From Ostrea edulis (lineage: Eukaryota): a stretch of 64,000 nt of DNA. Shown here piece by piece: positions 36,414-47,887 of the stretch; position 1 is the first letter of the stretch; every line of letters begins with the position of its first letter. The stretch is from NCBI RefSeq assembly GCF_947568905.1, contig NC_079170.1:22444001-22508000 (forward strand), read 5' to 3'. A model generated the notes under the pieces. It did no database searches. It was not told where the DNA came from and was given only the letters and a program-made list of their open reading frames with translations. The translations under genes were made by a program, and so were the position numbers.

Positions 36414-36961
36414 TGTAGCGTGTATCCCTATTAATTCGCAAAATGCGGCGGTTGAGATCCCTCAGATAACTTGCTGAGGATTCTAGCAGTTCAATATATA
36501 CATATAAATGATTGAAGTAACGTATTTACAATTTTATTAATCAATTATGTACAAATCCCGGCTCTTGACTTTACTGTCATGGCTCTGTTTGGCTCCCGGC
36601 TCTTGGCTCAATCCGGCTCTGGTAGCTCGGCTCACTTTGGCTCCCGGCTCTTACAGCGCGGCTCAATTGGCTCTTTTGAGTCCCAGCTCTTACAGCTCGA
36701 GTTTTGATTATTACGATTAATTAAAACAGGAAAGACTTGTTCAGTCACGTCTGATTTTAATCAAAAGAAATAAACAATATGAATATTACCTTTTATCTAC
36801 GGTACTACCGATCTTCTCACTCTGGAGTCAAGTGCAAAAAATGATTATGAATCCACCGCCTCGCTTCTTTATATACCCTTTAGCGAGACTAACGCCACCT
36901 ATCGGTCATACTCCAAAATTGAATCCTACACGGTCGGAATATCTTTCTCCGGATCGTCTCA
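36414..36961 (-). repeat. Gypsy 3' LTR (548 bp)
   Basis: About 9 substitutions and one 7-bp indel (CGGCTCT) seen versus the 5' LTR. Confidence 0.95.
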
Positions 36962-37235
36962 TTACCCACGCGACCTCGCATGATATATATATCTATATAT
37001 TTTCTTTTTAAAAAAACAAGGTATACAAAATTAGCTATCTGCTTTTATGAGTATAAATTCCACAATATATATGAATATAACTTTCTCTCAAAGGTTCATT
37101 TATCTCTTTATTTAAATCAACAGTATTTCTCTCAGTTCTGTTTAACCGCAGAACTATATGAAAATTCACAATTCAAACTATGTTCTCCTTGAACACGAAT
37201 TAACTCTCTCATGCCTGTCTAATATCATAATTGTC

Positions 37236-37979
37236 TTATTTATCTTCCTCAATCATAACAATATGTTCAATGTCTTTGTTACCCTCTTTCCACTTTGTAA
37301 TGGTCCACTCGACCCTATGCACGCTCCTCCCTTCTGTCTGAGTACCTGTTTCCGTCAAATGTGGTCTTTTAATAATAGGTCGGGCAGGAACTCCGGTAGA
37401 AGATGATAGAGGTTCCTTCCGTTTTGGAGTTGTGACCGGTATGAGTGAAGTTGGCTTTCTCAGTACCCTTCCAACGTGTAAAGGGTTCTTTGCTGCTTCT
37501 GCCTCCGCGCTCAGCTTTTCATCCTTTCTAATGACGGTTACCTCCGCTTCAGATTCTGTTTCTGAAATTTCCCCTAATATACTCCGCAAATCTCCAGGAT
37601 CAGCATTCTCCCAGTCATCATCTGAAAGTTTTCTTCCTTCTATTGTGTCTTTAGATCCATTTGGCTTCTCCGAAACTTATGGCAGAGCTGATTCTGTCAT
37701 ACCCATCTCCTTTCCATTATCGCTCTGAGAAGCATTGGACAACGAAGTGGTAACTTTCTGTTGTTCCAAATCAAAATTTCTCTTCTTGTGTCTGTTGAGG
37801 TTCCATAGCTTATTAGTACTAAAACTGCATTCAACCCGATCACAAAGATATTTTTTTTGGTCCATCTGTTTTAGTCCACATTCAGTAATGTGCTTTGTGA
37901 TCTCCACCATATCAAAGCTCCTAAACCTGCACATGGGACACTTGTGTTCTTTACGTGGAGTTAACTTTGTTTGAGGCAT
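37236..37979 (-). pseudogene. Gypsy additional ORF3: two C2H2-like zinc fingers plus acidic/low-complexity region, one premature TAA
   Basis: ORFs 37677-37979 and 37236-37589 share a frame and the gap reads open (DDDWENADPGDL). CPMC...HITEC and CDRVEC...RHKKR motifs. A splice acceptor (TTTTTTTCTAATGCATTTCAG) lies 3 nt before the ATG. Confidence 0.7.
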
Positions 37980-38089
37980 CTTCTGAAATGCATTAGAAAA
38001 AAATACATAAAGAGCGTTACTACTTGGGGAATGTATAATATTTGTGTTACTGCATTTTGATAAAGGAAAACAATAAAATGGTTGCTATA

Positions 38090-41000
38090 TCAGAGGTCAA
38101 CAATGTAGTCTCCCAAATATTTCGGCCTACGCTGTTTTCGTTTTCCCCGAGCATTTTCTTGATCATGCTCATTGCCTTTTTCAAAGAGCTCTGTATTTTC
38201 TTCACTGGCATCATCTGTCACTGAACAAGTAGTATCAGCAACTACTTGGCTTTCACCTCTCAGAAGTTGAGGATGCTTCATTCTCATACGGTCTACATGT
38301 ATGATTCGAAATTTCCCATACGCACCAGTTTACTTTGTAGGTCACTTCTGAACACCTTTCTTCCACTACAAAGGGTCCTCGCCAAAACTGAGTCAACTTA
38401 GGAGACTTCCCAACTGCATATCGTGGGAAGTGTACATAGACTTCATCTCCGTTTTTAAAGGTTTGCCAATTTAATCTTGTGTCGTAAGGGCTCTTCTGCC
38501 TTAGCATGAAACCGATGGCATTTTCCCGCACAAATGAATTCGCCAATTCCAGCTTTTCCTTCAAACCCACTGTTGGACAGGTATTTTTTTCATAGCTGGT
38601 GGCATCTCAAATGCAATGTCAAGAGGTGTTCTGACCTCTCTTCCCAACAATAAATAATTGGGGCTGAATCCAGTGGACTCGTGTTCCACTGACCTATATG
38701 CCATCAGCACGTATGGTAACTGGTCGTCCCAGTTTGATTGGTATTTATCAACCAGAGTCTTTAGCATTGTCAACAGAGTTTTGTTAAATCTTTCCACGAG
38801 ACCATCACACTGAGGATGATAGGGACTTGTTCTGGTTTTCTTAATGTTCAAAATTTTACACATTTCAGTGAAAATCTTTCCCTCAAACTGTTTACCTTGG
38901 TCTGAGTGAATGGACACAGGCACTCCAAACTTTGATACCACCTCCTGATCCAACAACGAAGCAATGGTGATTGTCTCCATATTAGGCATTGGAAATGCTT
39001 CCACCCATTTTGTAAAATAATAACTATATACCGGTTGCCATTTTCTGTTTGGGGAAGCTCGCCAACTATATCCAGAGCTTTTCTCTCCATTGGCATTCCG
39101 GCTCCCAATGTTTGCATTGGAGCTCTTTTGTTTTGGGTTAGTGGCTTGGACCTGCAGCATACTTCACATCCTTTAATGTAATGTCTCACATCTCTTTGCA
39201 ATCCGGACCAGTAGAATTTCTGTCTTATTTTGCTCAATGTTTTCCTGACCCCTAGATGCCCAGACGTCTTGTGGTCATGGCAATAATCAAGGACTTTGCG
39301 CCTATTCGAAAATGTAATGACGGCTTGAAGTGTGATTCCTTTTTCATCTACCCATTTCCTGTATAATATTTCATCTTGAATCTCCAAGGATTGTCTTTGC
39401 GCCCACAGTGATTTCGACATAACACCACTGTAACTTAAATCGTTTTGTGTTAGTTTGGTACTACTTTTGAGCCATATCTTTACGAGGTTTATCTCTTTAT
39501 CATTCTTTTGCAAACATGCTAATGAAAGTTCGTCATCATCGCCATTTTGTTCACCACTAGTGTTGGCATTTTCATTTGCAGAAACAGTCCGTACATGTTT
39601 TTGATTCTTTTGGTCTTCTGTAGACCGAGCAGATTTCTCACAGCAAGGATCATCTTTACTCTTACTGCAGTGGCGTCTGCTGAGTCCATCAGCATTTCTG
39701 TGTTGAGATCCTGGGCGGTGCTGTATTGTCATGTCGTACATGCTCAGAATTTCGATCCAACGAGCAAGCTGACCTTCTGGTTCTTTAAAATTGAGGAGCC
39801 ACCTCAATGAACCATGGTCTGTACGAATTTTAAACCTTCCCCCATACAAATAATGTCTGAACTGTTTCACAAAATAGACAACAGCAAGAAGTTCTTTCTT
39901 AGTTACGCAATATTTTCTTTCAGACTTGCTAAGTGCCCTACTTGCACAGGATATGACTCTCTCAGACTCTCCCTGTTTCTGAGAAAGAACAGCTCCAATA
40001 GCCATATCACTGGCATCGGTGTCGACTATGAAAGTCTGGTTAAAGTCTGGAAAAGCAAGAATTGGAGCACTGATCAAATGTGCTTTCAACTTGTCGAAGG
40101 ATGACTGGCATTCATCTGTCCATTGAAACTTCACCCCTTTGTTTGTCAGTTTGTGTAGTGGTTTAGCTGTTTTACTAAAATCTTTAACAAATCTCCGGTA
40201 ATAACCACACAATCCGAGGAACGATCTTACGTCTTTTACAGAGGTTGGCTCAGGCCAGAATTTGATGGCTTCTACTTTCTTGGGATCTGTAGTCACACCT
40301 GATTCGGAGATAATGTGTCCCAAATACTCAACCTGCTTATCGTACAAAGTGCATTTCCTTGCCTTTAACTTCAGTCCAGCAGTATGGAGACGGTCAAATA
40401 CTTTCTGAAGACTATTTGTCATTTCCTCAAAGGTTTTGCCAAAGACAATAATGTCATCTAAGTATAATAGACATATCTCCCACTGAAGTCCACATAAGAC
40501 AGTTTCCATAAGCCTTTCAAAAGTTGAGGGTGCGTTACAAAGCCCAAAAGGCATTACTTTGAACTGGTATAGGCCTTTGTTAGTGATGAACGCAGTTTTT
40601 GGTCTATCGTCAGGCTCCATCTCGACTTACCAGTAGCCAGACGAGAGATCCAGAGTTGAGAACCAACGTGCTCCAGATAAGTGATCGAGTGTCTCATCAA
40701 TCCTTGGTAGAGGATAGGCGTCTTTGACAGTGATGTCATTCAACTTTCTGTAATCTACACAGAAACGAACGCTCCCATCTTTCTTCTGTACAGGACAACT
40801 CCTGACGCCCATGGACCTGCCGACTTTTCAATGACATCAGCCTTAAGCATGTCGTCCAACTGACTATCTATGTATCGTTCAGTGGCGTAGCTTCCATTGA
40901 GGCAACCGAGGCAGCTGCCTCGGTAAAAAAAAAAAAAAAACAACCACCTTCTACGTTGTTAAAATGTCGATAGCTTCTGGGGGGCGCAGCCCCCCAGACC

Positions 41001-41165
41001 CCCTGCCTCGGTAATATTCAAACCCAAGCTACGCCTATGTCGTTTCCAATGGACTGGAGTTCTTCGGAGGGGTTGTCGTATAGGAGCCTTTGAACCTGTG
41101 TTGATAGAATGTTTAATTACATCAGTTCTACCAAATCCTTTCATCTTTTGCAAATAAGTTAGCAT
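38090..41165 (-). pseudogene. Gypsy pol (RT, RNase H, integrase), disrupted
   Basis: [58 protein letters not shown] and GLVERFN, with frameshifts, a stop and a MITE insertion. Confidence 0.93.
40880..41039. mobile_element. MITE inserted in Gypsy pol (CA(G/T)(T/A)GGCGTAGCT TIRs, 5-bp TSD)
   Basis: Starts CAGTGGCGTAGCT and ends AGCTACGCCTATG; TSD TCGTT at 40875-40879 and 41040-41044. Confidence 0.85.
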
Positions 41166-43227
41166 TGCGCAAGAGCAAAGATTTTAATTCTTGCTTTTGA
41201 TCTGAGCTCAACCTTCCGCTTGATCGTTGTAATAGCTCCTCCAAGGCTGGTGAAAGTTCCTTTGATGACTCTGAGGGAGTTCCCATTTCTCCAACAACAC
41301 ATTGTACAGGAGTCAACTTCGCTACTATGGTTCCTTTGTAGATAGTCTGAACAACAAAAAGAGGGTTCATGAACCTGACAGGTACTGACTCTTTAGTGGT
41401 GACAAGCACTTTGCCAATTATACCTTTCTCTGATTTCAAAAAGTGTTCATCCCCTTCTATCAATGCAATACCATCAGTTATTTGTTCTTTGTTAGAGGTG
41501 CACACATCGCAGCTTGTAACAATTTCTGATCGGGGTGGTATGTGGACTGTAGCTGCTGTAGCAATGCGATAGCATCCTATATATCCTTTCTTTACGAGTG
41601 AAATGGGTGTTCCATCGATCCGTAATTCCATGGCACTCATAGCAATGACACATTTGATCTTTATCAGAAAGTCTAATCCAAGGATCGCGTCTACTGACAG
41701 ATTCATAACAATGGCCATCGTGTTGTATACAACATCATTGATCATAAACGTGGTTTTCAACTGTCCATGCGTAATCAGAGGATCTGAATTCGCTTGCAGT
41801 ACAGGCGAATTTACCTCTCGCAGTATATCTGTCGAGCCATTTCCGTAAATTCTATTAAATGCCTGTTTTGATAAGAGAGACAATGTAGCTCCTGAATCAA
41901 CTAAAAGGTGAAGTTCGAGCTCATTAACATATCCTTTAATGAATATTACCCCTTCTCCACTAACACCAACTTTTCCGGGAGGATTTTGCGGATTTAACTG
42001 CTCTGTTTTGCCAGATGTGTTCTGCAATGAGCTTGGTGTTGCAGAGCTGTTTGGTCTTACTGTCTTAGAGCGGCATTCTTTCTTTATGTGACCTTTCTTG
42101 CCACAGTTATAGCACTCTATATCTTTTCGCCAATTAGAATCTCTGCTGGACTTGCGATCTGTTCTTCGTCTTGTGTCTCTTTCTCTTAGTTCTTTCAGCT
42201 CCCGTGTGATTGTAGACATTGTTCTCTGGAGTTCTGTGATTGTGTCATTTACTTTACCCAATTCGTCGGCTACTGTACCAGACGAATCTTGTCCAACGGC
42301 TCTTATCAAAGAATTAGTATCCCCAATTCTTTGTTCAGTTTTCAAGAAAGCCTCTAATTCGATAGCATGCCTAAATGCTTCATTCAAATTCTTTGGTCTT
42401 GCCTGTTTAATACGCAATCGCTTATCTGAAATAGCTAGTGCCTCGATGAAATGATCCTTGGCAAGAGTCTCTTTTACATCTGCAGGAACTGTAGGGTATG
42501 CCAAATTTACCAGACGTCTAATATGCTGTCCTAACTCTGGAATGGATTCCGAAGCTCTTTGTCTGCGCTCTCTCAACTGCGTTCTGTATAAATCTATTTG
42601 ATCTGGTGGAGCGAATCTATCATCCAAAGCAGATACAAGCTGATCATAGCTCATTTCCCTACCATCATATATGTTTCCGAGAATACCTTGTGCACTTCCT
42701 CTGAATGATACGGAGAGGTATAGACCTTTTGTCGTCTCATCCCATTGGCACAGCTTTGCACACGCTTCAAAGTGTGATTTGTAATCTAGCCAAGATGTAG
42801 AACCATCGTAAGTCGCTGGCTTTATGTTCGGGATGCTCTGTCGTCCTTTTGCTGCATAGGAGCTGTGCGTCTCATATTTTGGTCTTGCACTGGAATACGA
42901 CTTATGAGCCTGAGGTCGTCTCATTGTTACATTTCTGTCTTCCTTATTAAGATAAGGGCTAAGGTCGTATTCATCGCGTTCTGTGTCTGTCTTGTGAATG
43001 TCTTGAGATGAATCTTCAAATCTCACAGATTTTCTCCTGGCTCCTGATTGCTCTTCTGGCTCACTGTCAGTAACTGTGCAAGCTGTTCTAAACCCGGAGT
43101 CCATTCCGATTTGGCTGGGTGCATTAACAGGTTTTAAAGGTGTCGAGTGGCTATGCCTAGACAACTCCAGTTCATAAGAGGCAATTTGCTGCTCAAGTTC
43201 CCTTATCGTGGCATTTATATCCTCCAT
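41128..43227 (-). CDS. Gypsy gag (CCHC knuckle) and protease
   Basis: First ATG after the PBS at 43227; IKPATYDGSTSWLDY, CYNCGKKGHIKKEC and LLVDSGATLS. Confidence 0.9.
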   Translation of the reverse strand: MEDINATIRELEQQIASYELELSRHSHSTPLKPVNAPSQIGMDSGFRTACTVTDSEPEEQSGARRKSVRFEDSSQDIHKTDTERDEYDLSPYLNKEDRNVTMRRPQAHKSYSSARPKYETHSSYAAKGRQSIPNIKPATYDGSTSWLDYKSHFEACAKLCQWDETTKGLYLSVSFRGSAQGILGNIYDGREMSYDQLVSALDDRFAPPDQIDLYRTQLRERRQRASESIPELGQHIRRLVNLAYPTVPADVKETLAKDHFIEALAISDKRLRIKQARPKNLNEAFRHAIELEAFLKTEQRIGDTNSLIRAVGQDSSGTVADELGKVNDTITELQRTMSTITRELKELRERDTRRRTDRKSSRDSNWRKDIECYNCGKKGHIKKECRSKTVRPNSSATPSSLQNTSGKTEQLNPQNPPGKVGVSGEGVIFIKGYVNELELHLLVDSGATLSLLSKQAFNRIYGNGSTDILREVNSPVLQANSDPLITHGQLKTTFMINDVVYNTMAIVMNLSVDAILGLDFLIKIKCVIAMSAMELRIDGTPISLVKKGYIGCYRIATAATVHIPPRSEIVTSCDVCTSNKEQITDGIALIEGDEHFLKSEKGIIGKVLVTTKESVPVRFMNPLFVVQTIYKGTIVAKLTPVQCVVGEMGTPSESSKELSPALEELLQRSSGRLSSDQKQELKSLLLRNANLFAKDERIW

Positions 43228-43262
43228 GATATAAAAAAAAATAATTGACACTGCTAGAATGT

Positions 43263-43281
43263 AATCCCACCGCTGCCACCA
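43263..43281 (-). other. Primer-binding site (tRNA-Leu type)
   Basis: TGGTGGCAGCGGTGGGATT on the minus strand, 5 nt inside the 5' LTR boundary. Confidence 0.85.
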
Positions 43282-43286
43282 AAATT

Positions 43287-43841
43287 TGTAGCGTGTATCC
43301 CTATTAATTCGCAAAATGCGGCGGTTGAGATCCCTCAGATAACTTGCTGAGGATTCTAGCAGTTCAATATATACATATAAATGATTGAAGTAACGTATTT
43401 ACAATTTTATTAATCAATTATGTACAAATCCCGGTTCTTGACTTTACTGTCGTGGCTCTGTTTGGCTCCCGGCTCTTGACTCAATCCGGCTCTCGGCTCT
43501 GGTAGCTCGGCTCACTTTGGCTCCCGGCTCTTACAGCGCGGCTCAATTGGCTCTTTTGAGTCCCAGCTCTTACAGCTCGAGTTTTGATTATTACGATTAA
43601 TTAAAACAGGAAAGACTTGTTCAGTCACGTCTGATTTTAATCAAAAGAAATAAACAATATGAATATTACCTTTTATCTACGGTACTACCGATCTTCTCAC
43701 TCTGGAGTCAAGTGCAAAAAATGATGATGAATCCACCGCCTCGCTTCTTTATATACCCTTTAGCGAGACTAACGCCACCTATCGGTCATACTCTAAACTT
43801 AAATCCTACACGATCGGAATATATTTCTCCGGATCGTCTCA
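43287..43841 (-). repeat. Gypsy 5' LTR (555 bp)
   Basis: Matches 36414-36961. Confidence 0.95.
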
Positions 43842-43859
43842 GTTTCATCTATCAAAAAT

Positions 43860-43965
43860 AATAGATGTTAGTAGTTAGATAGATAAAGATTGATTGATAG
43901 ATAGTCAGATAGATAGATAGAGATATATAGTTACATGTATATAGGTAAATAGAGAAAGAGATAGT
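43860..43965 (+). repeat. Degenerate (GATA)n microsatellite
   Basis: TAGATAGATAAAGAT...GATAGATAGATAG is directly visible. Confidence 0.8.
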
Positions 43966-44154
43966 GCAAAATAGTTTTGTAGAAGAAGCCATGGTCATGG
44001 AAGCTTCTTAATCAACCTTTAAAGCTATGCTTGTAACTTCAGAACAACGTATCGATATACATGAACGGACTAGGCTTTAATTTCACATTTGGTGTCCTAC
44101 TTATACTCCAACGTCCCCTTTAAAGCATGAATTTGATTAAAATCATGCTTAAAT

Positions 44155-44810
44155 TTTCAATACATATCCAGTCAATGGGACGATTGAATATGAATTACCG
44201 TGCCTATACTGGATTCCTAAACTTCATCAAAACCTTTACAGAGATACAAGATACATATCTGGAATCTGGATCCAGTAAATGTTTTACCAAACATCTATCT
44301 TTGCTCCTCACGACGTGAAGTAGAAACTTCAAACGCCTTGTGCCACAACAACAGAAGTGGCATAAATCAAATGTGGATTCTTCCAAAAAAATCATTCATA
44401 TGTGGATATATCCCAGTGAACTTGAAATAAAAGACACCACAGGGTTTTCCACATTTGCTTCGTACTTAGATATTTCATTGAACATAGATGTTAACGGCAT
44501 AGTATCAACTCAATTTTATGACAAACGGGATGCCTTCAGCTTCTTCATCGTCAACCTCCCATATTTATGTAGCAATATTTTGATTATCATCTGCATATGA
44601 TATTTATGCCTCTCAACTGATTAGATAAACACGAGTTTGCTCTGTGTATGATCACTTTTTAAATCAAGACAGACTATAGACAAATAAGTTAATGTTACAG
44701 GGATTTCAGTAGTCTCGTTTAAAGTCAGCCTTTCGCAAATTCTAAATAACGATCTAGGTTATCAACACAACCTGTCATTTGGTCAAATACTGTCTGACAT
44801 GTTTCATCCA
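44155..44810 (+). mobile_element. Internally deleted, decayed Penelope-like RT copy
   Basis: The LYWIPKLH...QMWIL region is joined directly to the IYPSELEIKDTT...DKRDAFSFFIVNLP region. Confidence 0.8.
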
Positions 44811-44904
44811 AGTCGTGCTGCCAGTTCCTTAAGTTCAAATTTACAAACAAATGAATAGATGCCGTCAACATAAGCAACATTTTTCGTGATAAAAAGTCCA
44901 ATCG

Positions 44905-46830
44905 TGTATTCCATCTTATTTTAAGTTAAAGTCTACACACTGTATTTCCTACAAATATACTTCAAACTTTTCAATTATAAACAAACTTTGCAGTGCCTAG
45001 ATATAGACCATCTTATAATTAATCCACCTACGTGTTATTGTTCTTCGTCTTCTTTCAACTATAGTCCAGCTGGACATGTCATCATTGGTGATGTTGATAT
45101 TGTTGAAGATGAGGACCTCAAATCACTTATTCTTAAAGGTCCTAAATACAGAGAACCTCGGTCCTTCAATTGGCGATAGAATTTCATCTCTATTATGAAT
45201 TTTGTCGAGGATTATGCCAGACGATGGGCTAAATATGAAAAAGAATACCTTGATACATTGTCAGAATGGATTAAAAGTATAAGAGGAATATTAAGATCCC
45301 GCATTAGACATATGAAAACAAAAGTACGTACAATCTATCCTGATGTGTTCAGTAAACGAGAAGTGATAATTTTTTTAAGATAGATTACATAAGGAATATG
45401 TTTTGGTTCCAGCTGACAAAGTTTATAAAAACATTGTGTTTGTAAGGTTCAGTATTACAACTGTATTTTAATAAGAAGTTGGCATTACTTCCACTTTTGG
45501 CAATCGTTCCTATACTCAAACTGCCCTTTCAAAAGACGAAATCCTTCAAAACCATGCTTCAGTTTTAGACACATTTAATATCCCAGTCAATGGGTCGGAT
45601 GAATATGAGTTACCGTAGCTATACTGGATTCCTAAACTTCATAAAAACCTTTACAAACAAAGATACATTGCTGGATCCAGTAAATGTTCTACCAAGCCCG
45701 TATCTTCGCTCCTCACAAAAATATAAACAGCTGTGAGGGAGAAACTTAAAACGCACTGTGCTACTACATTTGTCAGAAGTGGTGTAAATAGATGTGGATT
45801 CTAAAAAATTCCAAAGAATTTTTAGTAAACTTGAATCACGAAACTTTTCTCAAATCAACATCAAAACGTATTACTTTTCAACTCTTTAGACGATAATTCC
45901 TCGCGATAAATTAGAGACTAGACTTTTTAATATCATAGACAGTTGCTTCTTCAACACAAATGGAAAATGCAAATATTCCTATCTACTGATCAGTCATCCA
46001 AAAAATCACTTCGTTAAACACCACTCTGATTCCACGCACAAGTACTCTGAAGTTGAAATAAATATGCTGCAGTTCCTCATTGACAATATCTTCGTGGTCT
46101 TTGGTGGTCAGGTCTTCCAACAGACTGTTTGAATTCCCATGGCCACGGATTGTGATCCTTTGTTAGCTGACCTGTTTTTATAGTCCTATGAAGTAGAATC
46201 TATCCAAAATATTCTACGTGAGAAGAAAAAATCTCTTGCTGTGGCCTTCAATTCGACATTTAGATATATCGACGATGCATTATCTATTAACAATAATAAT
46301 TTTCATTCATATGTCGATTCCATATATCCGAATGAACTTGAAATAAGACACCAGAGTCGTCCAATTCTGCTTCATACTTGGATATTTTATTGAAAGTAGA
46401 CATTAACGGCAAACTAACAACTCAACTTTATGATAACCGGGATGATTTCAACTTCTCCATCGTCAACTTCCCACATATATGTAGCAATATTCCATTATCA
46501 CCTGCATATGGTGTTTACATCTCTCAACTGATTCGATAGGCTAAAGCTTGTTTTGTGTATGGTCAGTTTTTAAATTGAAGCAGGCTACTGACAAGCAAGT
46601 GATGGTGCAGGAGTTCCAACAGTCTCGTTGACAATCAGCATTTCGCAAATTCTATCGTCGATATGGCGATCTAGTTCTAGTTCGTCAATACAACCTATCA
46701 TAGGGTCAAATGCTGTCTGATGCGTTTCATACCGATGGCTAGGACGTTCTTGGCACACTGATTTTGACGACGGATAACTCCGTTTACTTGATCAAGATAT
46801 CGGGCTCACGGCGGGTGTGACCGGTCGACA
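44905..46830 (+). mobile_element. Decayed Penelope-like element copy (RT plus part of 3' UTR)
   Basis: Colinear with 28035-29990 in the opposite orientation, with many stops and frameshifts. Confidence 0.85.
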
Positions 46831-47887
46831 CCAACCCTATTTCCACTGCCTCTTAATTATCTCCCCTCGAAACGAGGAACGTCTACCACTTCAAGTCCTC
46901 TTCTACCAATGACATTTTTGGTACGTTCGGTTGAAATGTGTTCTTGAAAACTCAAAAAGATCACTTCATATCCACAAACGATGGACACTCACAAAAGTTC
47001 AGAGGAGCTACGATGGAGGCAATGAGAGTTGTGACACTGGATTTGGGATTTCCATTCTAAGATTCTACTCTAGAGCTAGTTTCCTGGAGGTTCCACTCAA
47101 TTTCTGCCGCCGAAAATATTGGGCATTTTACTCTATAAAGACGGCGACTAACGACTAGAAGTTCTGTTAATCTTAATGTGTGCGCGAACACGAGGCAGTC
47201 TTTCCGATGTAACATTCAGTAATGATAGAAATACAGTTTAAATCAACTTTTCAAAATTAACAAAAATCAATACGTATTTAAAGAGAAAAACACCAAGGTT
47301 TATTAATTAACTACATCATAAAAATCCGTTACAAATCTACACATATAAAATAGTACTATTTAACATTAAACTTTATGAAGACTATCTACAGCTTCTTTTC
47401 CCCCCATCAATTCATCAAAATTAAGATTACTTACTGCTACGCATGCGTGCATAGACTTTAAAAAGAGGTAAACTAAACAAAAAAGTGCTAGGCCTTAATG
47501 TGAGTAAAAAATAACTTTACAACATGAACTGACACCATTGGGAGCAAGATGTTCCCTGAAATTACCCACTGTATTTGTTGAAACTATAATGTAACGAGAT
47601 GGTGCTAGTAACAGCATGGCCATTTTTATTAGATTTTACTCGCTAAATATAAGTGTATCTGCATCACAAGGTATTCATCAGCTATAATGAATCATTAAAG
47701 CAAAAAACATTGAAATATCCCATGTACATTTATCTACTAAGCTACCTCTGCATTGTATTTATGAGGTAAAAAGAAAAAGAAAAATTCAGATGTCGTCTTT
47801 CTATATAATAATAAAAATATACTATATGATAGACCTTTTTATGGCACAATAATATCTGCTTCAGATCTAGCGTTCTGTATATGATAA

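Larger units (their letters stand above)
36414..43841 (-). mobile_element. Full-length Gypsy (Ty3) LTR retrotransposon with an extra 3' ORF
   Basis: LTRs at 36414-36961 and 43287-43841 (TG..CA), 4-bp TSD GTTT (36410-36413, 43842-43845), PBS, and gag-PR-RT-RH-IN order. Confidence 0.97.

Noticed and set aside
37236-37979. Retroviral env gene
   Set aside because: No signal peptide, furin site or TM segment; zinc-finger-like motifs are present instead.
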